Assembly: GCF_964213995.1 (NCBI RefSeq)
Contig: NW_027590850.1
Span: forward strand, 1 to 64,000
Length of the DNA stretch: 64,000 nt
Direction: 5' to 3'
Origin: Mustelus asterias
Taxonomy: Eukaryota
A model generated the notes under the pieces. The model was not told the DNA's origin, made no database searches, and worked only from the letters and a program-made list of their open reading frames with translations. Of the stretch, positions 50,658 to 61,387 are shown one piece after another (position 1 is the first letter of the stretch; each line of letters opens with the position of its first letter). Both the position numbers and the translations under genes were made by a program.

Positions 50658-51969
50658 TGCCTCACCATGTGTGTGTGCGATTAGTGCAGCGGGTATGGGA
50701 AGGACCACAATGTGATTGTGCCACTGGTCTGGATTTTCAGGGCCTCAAGAGGCTCTCGGAAATCACCCTGTCAGTATCACGTTCTGAGTTATATCAAGTT
50801 ATTTTTCTTTCCCTTCCTGGAATTTCTGATTGCATTTGGGCCATCGTTTTTCTCATTGTACCCCTTTCTTTCTCTCACTGCTTTCTCACTGTTTCTCTTC
50901 TTCTTTGTTCGTTTGACTGTGTTTGTGTCTCTGTCTGTATTGTCTCAATGTAACTGTAACTGTTCCCTCCATGGTTCCTTCACCATGTCTCCATCTATTT
51001 CCCTTCCTGCCACCGTCTCTCCCCCATTTATCTCACTGTCTGCTCCACTGTTTAACTCCCTGCCGCTCCCACATTTTTCTCAGTCCCTTTCATCATGTTT
51101 ATATCGGTGAAACTCCATCTTTACTTCTATCACGGTCTCGGCCTCTGATTCACCCATTGTCTTTCCATCCCTTTATCTTTATTTCTTAGCCTGAAGATTC
51201 CTGTGTTGCAGCGTTTGCTTCCCTCACGGGATCTCCATCCAAATCCTCAGTAATGTTCAATCCGTGTACAGTTCTATTTACAATCGCAACCCGAGGAAAT
51301 CTACCTGTCAGAACGAAAAGTTCCGCGTAAACAGGTCAAGCGCGTGGTAATAAGATTAAGGTTCTTGAGAAGTCGTCACAAACTGGTATAAAAATAAATA
51401 ACATTTAACATGAGCGAGTTAATCCGATCAAATAAAACCACAGACATCTGAGGCCTCTGGGTTTGTACTTAGAAACGTTAATAAGATTAAATATACTCTT
51501 TCACCATTATCGTTAATTTACTCTGACTAAAATGATTGAATTCTGACACACGCACCGATAGATATCGTAATTAATACTATCCTGATGGCAACGGAAACAT
51601 GGTCTATTGCAATATGAAGACAGGCTCTGGTGTCATATAAAGAGCTGATCTCCGGTTGGAAGGAAAGAGTTAAACCGAGAAAGAGACAGAATGACTGAGA
51701 ATGTGACAGAGAGCAAGAGGGTGAGAAAGACGCACTCAGCCTGGGCTACAATTTGATTGGAGAAAGCCAGCCGCACTTCGTCGTCAACTAACAGTAATTG
51801 GTCCAAAGCTAACATCATCTCAGGCAGACTAACCAATCGCAGCACTGAGAAACGCCCCCCAGTTTCCCAATAATTGCAGTTGCCTCTGATCTGAGTTGAC
51901 TCTGTGATATAAACTAGAAGCAGCAACATCGTTTAAACAGTGTGGCTGTTTACTGTCCAATCAGGAACC

Positions 51970-52405
51970 ATGTGTTCCCTGTGTGCTTTACTGATAATAA
52001 TGGTCATGCTGCCCGGTGAGTCTGAGCTCAAATCCTCAGTGTGTGTTTCATGGGTTATATTCACTCAGATTTCTCACACATTCTATATGTTGTTACAGGA
52101 ACCAATGGCCAAGATTCAGTTTTCCAGGACCTGCCCGAATTCACGGTCCAGGAAGGGCAGACGGTAATATTGAACTGCAACTACACAGCACAATACACTG
52201 GCGAGACTCTCTTCTGGTACATTCAACATCCCGGGGACGCTCCGAGATATTTACTGAAGAAATACGGCAAGGGACAGGGGGAAAAGTCTCCAGATTTCCC
52301 TGACCGGTTTTCGGCTGAATTGGACAAAGACAAGAGAACAGTTCCTTTAACAATCACCGGGGTCCATGTCTCTGACTCTGCCGTGTATCACTGTGCGCTG
52401 AGCCC
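51970..52405 (+). CDS. TCR V-alpha/delta segment (leader exon 51970-52015, V exon 52099-52405)
   Basis: MCSLCALLIIMVMLP then gtgagt; GTNGQDSVFQ...LNC...WYIQHPG...DSAVYHCALS; RSS CACACTG 52406-52412 / 23 bp / ACAAAAACC 52436-52444. Confidence 0.93.
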
Positions 52406-52991
52406 CACACTGTTACAGAGACACAGTCAGCCCGTACAAAAACCGGCAAAGGCACTCTCACCTCCTCTCACTGAATCAGATCTGTGAGCTGGATTGTGGA
52501 TTTGTAATTGAACCCAAATCATATAAAGACCAGCTTGGCTGGTCTTTAAGTCCCCTTGAAACACAAGGGGAATCAATTATATTTGCAAAAGTAAATCGAG
52601 AAACAATATTTGCAACATATTATTGATCACGCATTTATCATACATAACTTTAAAATGAGGGCAAACCTCATTTTAAAATCATGCCTTTATTGGTGAAGTT
52701 AAACTTTAACCACTTTTATAAATGACAGTTACTGCAGTAAAGCAGTGTCCTGTTTTTTGGACAATTGATTTGTTCACACGTGACCCGAAAGAGAAGCAGC
52801 TTCGGATCAACAACCCACATCCTGATACCGGAAGCACGGAGTCTGATTCCAGCCAATCAGTTTGCAGAAAACCCAAGTGTCTGAAACTTTATCTGGTGCA
52901 GATGTTGAAGACGTTGATTCAATGCATGCTCTTCTGCTGTGAGCTGTGCTCCGTATTCTTACTGACATTGTTATTATATCACACGGTGCAA

Positions 52992-53401
52992 ATGAAACTG
53001 TTCCTTATCATTCTGGTGGTGTTAACTTGTAAGCGCAGGATATTTATTTGTGGAGCTATTTGTTTATAATAATTTTGCTCCAGTGTCTCACTGTATGAAT
53101 GTTTTTTTATAGATCGGTGTCGCTCGGACCAAGTTTCACAAACTCCCACAGCGAGAACAGTCCAGAGCGGGGATTCGGTGCTGATAAACTGCAGTTATGA
53201 GATGTCCAGCATTGATGGAATGTATTGGTACAGACAAAAACCCGGTCAGAGACTCGAGTGGATAATAAGAAGATCATCGAGTGGCAAAGAGAGAAAGGAC
53301 CGGTTCGAATTGGAACTTTCCACTGCGGGCAAACGGGGCCAGTTGGTTATTGAAAACACGGAGAGCGCGGATGCCGCTCTGTATTACTGTGCGATACAGC
53401 C
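52992..53401 (+). CDS. TCR V-alpha/delta segment (leader exon 52992-53028, V exon 53113-53401)
   Basis: MKLFLIILVVLT then gtaagc; DQVSQTP...INC...WYRQKPG...DAALYYCAIQ; RSS CACACTG 53402-53408 / 23 bp / ACAAAAACC 53432-53440. Confidence 0.93.
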
Positions 53402-55089
53402 CACACTGAGAGGAAAGACGCTCGTCACTGTACAAAAACCTCACGCCTGTTTTCAGTTGCTGCAGCAATCCTACAAAGAGCAGACTGCAGGCAATAGCTG
53501 CCAGAACTAGAGCAGGAAATGGAGCAGGTGAGCGGGGTTGCCCGGGGCTTTGCAATTCCTGACAGCGACTTTGCTTTTCTCAGACATATTGAGAGTCAGG
53601 ATGTAACTAATCCGATTGAAGAAACAGTCGCTCAGTGAGTGTGGGCTTTATGGTGAGGAAATCATCCGCATTCTTTAATTTAAACATGATACTACACTGT
53701 CTGGAATCAGACATTTGGTCTCTGCACAAATACAGAAAGACCTGGACAATATTCAGGTTTGGACTGATAAGTGGAAGCAACGTTCAGGTCACACAGGTTC
53801 CAGGCAATGACCGTCTCCAAAAGAAGAGGATGTGACGAACTTTCCTTGATATTCAATGGCATTACCATCGCTGAATCCTCCCCCCTGCTCCCCCCCTTCC
53901 TCTCCCCCACCCCCAACAACATCCTGGGAGTTGACCGAAAGCTGAACTGGACCGAAGAATATGAATACCGTGGCTACTAGAGCAGATCAAAGGTTAGGAA
54001 TCCTGTGGCGAGTAACTCGCCTCGTGACTCCCCAAAGCCTGTCCACCATCTCCAAGGTACAAGTCAGGGGTGTGAATTGAATTCTCCAGACTTACCCACT
54101 TGTCTGCCTCCCTTGGCCCTGGTGTGACCACCTGATGATAGCTCCTGTCTGTCACCTCCTCATTTTCCCTAACCAGACGATGATCCCGGAGCTGCAGTTC
54201 CAGTTCTCTAACACGGTCCCTTAGGAACCGCAGCTCGACACACCCATCACAGGTTCACAGGTTGTGAAACTTTCAATGTGCGGATAATGAGCAAAGTGCA
54301 AATTTGTCGATAGGGCAGTTTCCAGTGCCCGGATTTTAGGAGGTGTTTCAGGAAATTCAGCTGTTTAAATATCTCGTAAATATGAGCGTTTATTTGAGTC
54401 ATTTGTGAGACTTAGGCGTCACGGGCTCTCGTTGGAGGGCAGTTGAGAGTCAACCACATTGCGGTGGCTCTGGAGTCACATGTCGGCCAGACAAGGTAAG
54501 GGCGGCAGATTTCCTTCCCTAAAGTACATCAGTGAACCAGATGGGTGTTTCCGACAATCTACAATGGTTTCATGGTTTCAGTAGATTCTAAATTGTTATT
54601 GAATTCAAGTTTCACCACCTGCCGTGCAGGAATTCGGACCGGGGTCCCCAGAATATTAACTGAGTTTCTGGGTTAATAATCTCACGATGATGCCACTAGG
54701 CCATCCCCTCTTTATTCATGATATTACCTGATTTTTAAACTGTCTATCACACTTTCCAATCTCTTCCATTTCTATTTCAACAGTTTATTCATTTTCTGAC
54801 CACTTCTCCTATGATAACTGAACTTTCCTATGTTCTGTTTTCCTCTCACTCAGTCGAGTTTACATGTTGCCTCGTTCCTCTTCTCCATCTGTTTTCAACT
54901 ATCTTCATTTTAACGGGATTTCAATAACTAGATTGTATGTTTTATTTTGTGTTGCGCTCATTTCCTTTCTTTACGGATTTTAAAAAATAATCCCATCACT
55001 CTCTCTGCCGCTCCTGCAGACACAGCAGAGTGGCTCTCACTGTCGATGCAGGTTTTTGCATGGGCTCTCCCTGTGTTTGTCACACTGTG

Positions 55090-55422
55090 GCTCACGGCGC
55101 AGAGATAGGTGGCGGTGTCTGTAACTCCGGCGTCTCTCACAGTCAGGGCGCTGAATTTGTAGCCTCCGCCGATTGAGGCTGTGATCCCCTCGTGTAGATC
55201 GGTTTCTCTTGTGGCCATCACCAGGTACTGGGGTGGCTGATTCGGGGACTGTCTGTACCAATGTAGGTTGCTAAATGTAGTGATCGTGGTGCAGTTCATG
55301 GATACGGTTCCCCCTTCACTAACAACCTTCCGCCGAGGAAGCTGCATCACCTCATCTGCTCCAGTCACCCCAGTGCAGGTCAGAGTGAAACACAGCAAAG
55401 AGAGTCTGTAAATTCGGAGCAT
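55090..55422 (-). CDS. TCR V-alpha/delta segment with single-exon (intronless) leader plus V
   Basis: Continuous ORF MLRIYRLSLLCFTLTCTGVTG-ADEVMQ...MNC...WYRQSP...DTATYLCAVS; RSS CACAGTG 55083-55089 / 23 bp / GCAAAAACC 55051-55059. Confidence 0.9.
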
Positions 55423-58400
55423 TTTTCAGATCATATGAAATTTCTGCTGAAGTAATTGTCCGGGGAGTTCAGATCAGAACCAGGACCTGGGTTTAATATT
55501 CGGAAGAATTTACAAGGAGTCAAACGCCTGCTTCGTGTCCAACTGGGGCGTCTCTCTGTCGAACTGATGAAAGAAGCTGAGACTCGGGTTTTATCCGCCC
55601 ACATTCACTGGCATCGATTCTACTGGAATCGGAGATGAAGAATTGAAGCCGGAATAAATAAACCCCATCAGTGACCCCATGTTTCCGGTTACAAATCTCG
55701 TCCCACGTGTCTAACTGGGGAACCATTCGCCCCATCAGAACACTGAGTGAACCCAGCTCGGGGTGAATCCATTCACTGGCAGACAGTTCACCAGCTGCCA
55801 ACCCCACAGCACCCCCGCGGATACAGGGAAATGCAGTGAGAGCATCCCGAGACACGGCAGCAAAATATACAGGGTGAAGTTTGGAAAGGGTGTCTTCAAA
55901 TATCCAACTCCCCTTTTACAGAGCAGACAACAACGATGCTGCTACTCAGCATCTGGATTGTGCGGGGAACCTTCCTGACAGGTAATTATGGACCAAACGG
56001 ATTTCATATTCACTTTAATTTTACAAACTTGTTTTTGAACTGAATTTTACGGATTCAGTCGGTCTGATCTGTTTCCGTTCGAACATGTTTTTCCGATCTG
56101 GGTCATGGAGATTCTGTTACCGAAAGCTTATGGTATTTGCTACCAAATAAACCTGTTGGACTTTAACCTGGTGTTGTGAGACTTCTTACTGTGCTTACCC
56201 CAGTCCAACGCCGGCATCTCCACATCACTGCTTCAGTTATACAGGGCGTTGCTGAGACTGCATCTTGAACACTGGCTGCAGCTTTGTCTCTTATTTAAGA
56301 AATGATACAAATGCATTGAAAGTGGTTCAGAGGAGGTTTAATAGATTGCTTCCCAATTTTTTCCGATTTTCCTTGCCTTCACCTCTGACAAAGAGTAATC
56401 CTGACTCAAAATGTTGCCTCCATTCTCTCTCTACAGATGCTGTCAGACTTGCTGAGATTGTCCAGCATTTTCTGTTTTTGTTTCAGATTCCAACAACAGC
56501 AGAATTTTGCCTTTATACCAATTCTTGTTGGATAAGGGAATCAAAAATATCGGGTGTAGAACGGGAATGTGGAAATCTACACAAATAGATCAGCCATGAT
56601 GTAAATAAACGGGGGAGCAGACTCAAAGGGCCAAATGGCCGACTTCTGCTCCGATGTCGAATGTTGGTCACAAATTCCTGAGAATTGTGAACCAAGGCTG
56701 GAAGATTCGCCTTGCTTGTGTTAGTGGGAAAATGTCCAGGAGAACCATCACTGTGAAGGACAGTTCTGGGATTAAAGGTTGCCAGACTGGAAAAGGAAAA
56801 CAATGGAAATAAACCCTTGGGGAGGAAAGAATCACTTTGGGCTGGTTTTTGGAGAAGGAGTGTCAACATTCCAAGGCAAAATAAAATGTATCCATTGAGT
56901 GGATATTTAATGGTGTTAAGAGTAAAAGGGCAAAGTTTAATTTTACAGTTTCAGGGCTATGTTCCCTATAAAAAAGTGTTTAATCATTGTTGCCTCCAGT
57001 TTGTTGGAATAAACATCAGAAAACTTGAAGTTTTGTCATGTGATTCTTTAATTTGTTTACTGGGTTCAGAATTCATTTTTAAAAATTGTTGATCGTCAGA
57101 GATGCTAACAGTTCATTTAAAGCCACACGTTTCGACTTCCCATTTGAGCCTGTGGCACCTTTCTGTCTCTCTATTGCTCGTGTTAATGACAGCCAGGCGA
57201 CGGAGCTGAGGGCTGAATTTAGCTGAGAATAATGGGGCCTGCGCCCCAGTTGGGAAACTGCCATGGGCGACGCACTAATAGAGAGACAGGAAGGTGCTGG
57301 AGGACTGACTGGGAAATGGGCCTCCAACCAATTATATCGGTCACTCAGAACTAAAGAGAAACCTGTCTCTTTAAATACAGATACAGGGAAGAGGCTGCAA
57401 TGAAATCTGTCCCTTTTAACCTGCACAAAAGCAGGAGGCTGAGATTGCCATTCAGCCCATCATGTTCTGCTATCTCTTTGAAAGGACTCTCTGATTCATC
57501 CAACTGCTCTGTTCTTTCCCCACAGCCCTGCAAATTCTTTCCTTTCAAGTCTTTACCCTTTGGAACGATTCTATTGAATCTGCTTTCAGGCAGATCAGAA
57601 CAACTCACTGCGTCAAAAAATAAAATAAAATCTCATCTCCCCCTCTGGCTCCTTTGTCAATTACCTTAGAGGGACTCACTTTCTGTTAAAGAGCCTGCCA
57701 ACCCCTCTCACCCACTTTCCCGAAAGTGCATCAATCTCATCAGGAAAAGTCCAGAAAAATCAAATATTTTTCCTGATAAAAGTTTATTAATGAAACAGAA
57801 CATGATTAAAACAAACAGAAAAAGACTTGAGGATCAAAGACAACCAGAGTAAAAGGATGTTCACAATGTTCTGGACACAAATGGTTTCTCTCTATCTGTT
57901 CCCTGACCTCTTTGTGGTAAAGGCAGAATTCTCTGGACAGTAAATTTAAAAAGAAGTTTGTCGAATGAAAAAGGTTTACTGAACACAGTGGCACAGTGGT
58001 TCCTGCTGCCTTACAGTGCCATTTTGCAATGTTTTATTGGAGAGTTTTTTTTTGTGAATAAAGTATATTTTTGAAAGAAAAAAAAACGTGTCGCAGTGGT
58101 GTTTTTAGCCCTATAGCTGGAGACCTGGGTTTCAGTGAGCAGAAATATCCCAAGCTGAGATATAATCAGTTTGCTCATTCGGAAAATCGCTATATTGTTG
58201 GGGGCCAGGGGTGGGAATGAAGTCGCTGGTCTGATTATTGTAACAGAGAAACAATGGGTTGTGATTTGTGTCAGAAAACATTTGACAGACATTCAAAATG
58301 AGAATGAACATTGATGGCAACTTGTTCTCAGTGATTGTTTTAAATAGCACAATGACAACCTTGCGAAATGTATATGCCAATATAAACTGTCCCTTAGGCA

Positions 58401-58644
58401 GCAAAATACTCTGATCAAACAGACCCGTTGATCAAAGAGACCTTGAAAAGGAGAGTGAAGATGGGGAAAGTGCTGCACAATAATTCACACAGGCAAGAAA
58501 ATGTCATCAAAGGTTGAAGCGTGAGTTAAGGAACTGTGAATGTATTTTTAGTATTGTTGCAAGTTAAAAATTCAACTGTGGCTCAGCCGTTCGTGTTGAG
58601 TGTTGTGTTTTGTTTTGATATTTTGTTTGTGATCCTGTGCGGGA

Positions 58645-58657
58645 GCGCCCTCTGCTG
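58645..58657 (-). promoter_or_regulatory. CTCF-binding motif 26 bp beyond a V RSS
   Basis: CAGCAGAGGGCGC on the minus strand. Confidence 0.75.
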
Positions 58658-58721
58658 ATCACTAACCGGAACTCCCAGTCTGGGGTTTTTGTGCGGTGTT
58701 CGCTTCATCTGTCCCAGTGTG

Positions 58722-59263
58722 GGCTCCATGGCACAGAAATACACGGCGCTGTCGGACAGAACAGCTCTGGCGATATTTAAAGGAACAGTATTGTTTCCTT
58801 TGTGCAAAGCAGCCGAGAATCTATCTGAGAAATCCGGAGACTTATCGGTATTGCCCGAGCTATATATCTTCATCAAATATCTCAGAGCTTGCCCGGGATA
58901 CTGGATGTACCAGAACACAGCTTGAAAAGCAGCTGTCGAGTATTTACAGTCCAGTGTTATGTTCTGTCCTTCCAGAACCGATAATTCAGATCGATCTTGA
59001 AACACTGAATCTTCAGCATTTGCCCCTGTAACAAAACACAGAAGTTATTCAGTATCTGGGAGGGAAGAGAGCCCATGGGACAGACACTGATCATTTAAAC
59101 ATTGACTCAAAAAAGAAAATGCTCGAAATTTTCAGTAGATCTGACAACATCTGTGAGAGGCGAACAGAGATAATGTTTCAAGTCAGGATGACACTTTGTC
59201 AGAGTTTATTGACTCACCGGGCAGCAAGACCATTATTATCAGCAAACAAAGTAAGGAGCACAT
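58722..59263 (-). CDS. TCR V-alpha/delta segment (leader exon 59263-59218, V exon 59025-58722)
   Basis: MCSLLCLLIIMVLLP then gtgagt; GANAEDSVFQ...LDC...WYIQYPG...DSAVYFCAME; RSS CACACTG 58715-58721 / 22 bp / ACAAAAACC 58684-58692. Confidence 0.93.
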
Positions 59264-60284
59264 GGTGTCTGGTTTCGGGTTCGGCAGAAATGAAGCAGTA
59301 TTTGAAATGTGTTGACATTTCTGTTCTGATATTCAAGCGGAAATTCACATCAGCGGGAACGTAATTTACTCTGAAATTATGGGGCGTTTCCCAGCGACAG
59401 GATTGGCCGCTTTCTCAGGATTGATGATCGTCGGGCATCAATCAGCGTTCGCTCGACTAATAAGTTCTGAGTTTCTCTTTCTCCCTGTCTTTCGAGGGTT
59501 CTCTGGCTCTCTCTGCGTTTGTGGCCTGTCGATCTCGCTCTGTTATTCCGCCTCTGTTTGTCTCGCCCCCATTGCTCTGTTTCTGACCGTCTCTGTCCCA
59601 ATAAGTCCATCGGTATATCAGATATGTGTGAGCTGGAATCAAATTTACATCCTGTCTATGTGTGGAGATAACCTCATTAAGAGTTCGAATTGTATCAGTG
59701 TTGCTGTGGTTTCAAATTATGTAACACGAGCATGGTTTTACAGAAAGGCCTGGGATATTAAAAACAAATAAAAGAAATGACAAGGATTCAAGGGTGGCAT
59801 GGACAAGTTGGGCCGAAGGGTCTGTTTCCATGCTGTAAACCTCTATGACTCTATGACTACCTCGATATCCGTTATTTCCCTGAATATCCACAAATCTATC
59901 AACTGCCTTCAAGAAATCAAACGACTGTACAATCATCGCTCTCTTTGACACATAGAGTGCATTAAAGCGAATGTATAATTTTTGACTGAGATGATTTTTG
60001 AGATATGACTCTGATGAGTTTTATTTCATGTTGCAATAACAGCACCAGTGTCTCCCATTCAGATTTGCTCGTAAACCAGAGAAACTACTATAAAGAGGGA
60101 TTTTACATACACTGACAGACATTCAGCACAAAAAACGTGATCATTCGGTTTAACTGGTTTTAATGATATGATTTTGTTTATATTAACAGTTCACAATCCA
60201 GCTCAGAGATCGGATTCAGTGAGAGGAGGTGAGAATGCCTTTGCTGGTTTTTGTACGGACTAACTGCGTCTCTGTAACTGCGGT

Positions 60285-60722
60285 TCAGCGCACACTGTTA
60301 CAGATACACGGCAGAGTCAGAGACACGGACCCCGGTCATATTTAATGAAGCTGTTATCTTGTCTCTGTCCAAATTAGCAGAAAGCTGGTCCGAAAAATCG
60401 GGAGACTTATCCCCCTTCCCCTTGCCGTAACCTTTCAATAAATATCTCGGAGCTTCTCCGGGATACAGGATGTACCAGAATAGAGTTTGGTCAGCGTATT
60501 TTGCTTTGTAACTGCAGTTCAAAATTACCGTCTCTCCTTCCTGAACCGTTAATTCAGGCGGCTCCTTGGAAACTGAACTTTGGCCATTGGTTCCTGTAAC
60601 AACATATCGAATGTGTGAGAAATCTGAGTGAATATAACCCATGAAACACACACTGAGGATCTGAGCTCAGACTCACCGGGCAGCATGACCATTATTATCA
60701 GTAGAACACGCAGGGAACACAT
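60285..60722 (-). pseudogene. TCR V pseudogene, inverted paralog of the V at 51970-52405
   Basis: Intact leader (60722-60677) and V exon from 60593, but ends DSAVYL-stop; nonamer ACAAAAACC 60246-60254 intact while the heptamer position reads ACCGCAG. Confidence 0.88.
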
Positions 60723-61387
60723 GGATCCTGATTGGACAGTAAACAGCGACACAGTTTAAAATATGTTGTTGCTTCTAGTCTGATATCACGGAGTCAACTC
60801 AGATCAGAGGCAGCTTCAACAATAGGCAAATTGGGGGCTTTTCTCAGTGTTGCAATTGGCTGACGTCAGCTGTGGACCAAACACTGCTAGTGGAGGACTA
60901 AACACAGCTGGCTCCCTCCAAACACATTCCACCCCGGGCTGTGTGTGTTTTTCTCACTCTCTTTCTCTCTCCATGAAAGGTGAATAATATTATCAGTTAT
61001 ACTGTCGCTTTCTCGGTTAACCCTCTTTCGTTCGAACTCAATGTCCCCCTTTTTTAGATAGATCTTTCTCTCTAAATAAAGTTAAAAGTGAAATAAATAA
61101 TTTACACTCATTTACTCTGCGGGTATTAATGAGTGCATCCACTGCATGAACATAATAGTAGTTACTGCTTTATTTATACCGGGGATAAGTCATCACCCAA
61201 GTCCACATTGACTTGCGTTTCCACTGGGATCACTCTTATACTGGGAAAGTACTGATTCAATCAGTCATTATTTCTGTCCAGAAACTTCAAAATGTGACAA
61301 CTCTCAGTGTGCCTTTGATATTAGATCACATTTAACAGGTGTCCCCTGACAGATAGGCATCTGATACAGAAAGATTAAAAGTACTGA

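Larger units (their letters stand above)
58095..59600. repeat. Direct duplicate of ~48070-49930 (V cassette with flanks)
   Basis: Colinear homology across downstream flank, CTCF motif, V, intron and promoter. Confidence 0.85.

Noticed and set aside
55021-55036. cagcagagtggctc downstream of the 55k RSS as a CTCF site
   Set aside because: One-base offset from the core and opposite orientation; weak match
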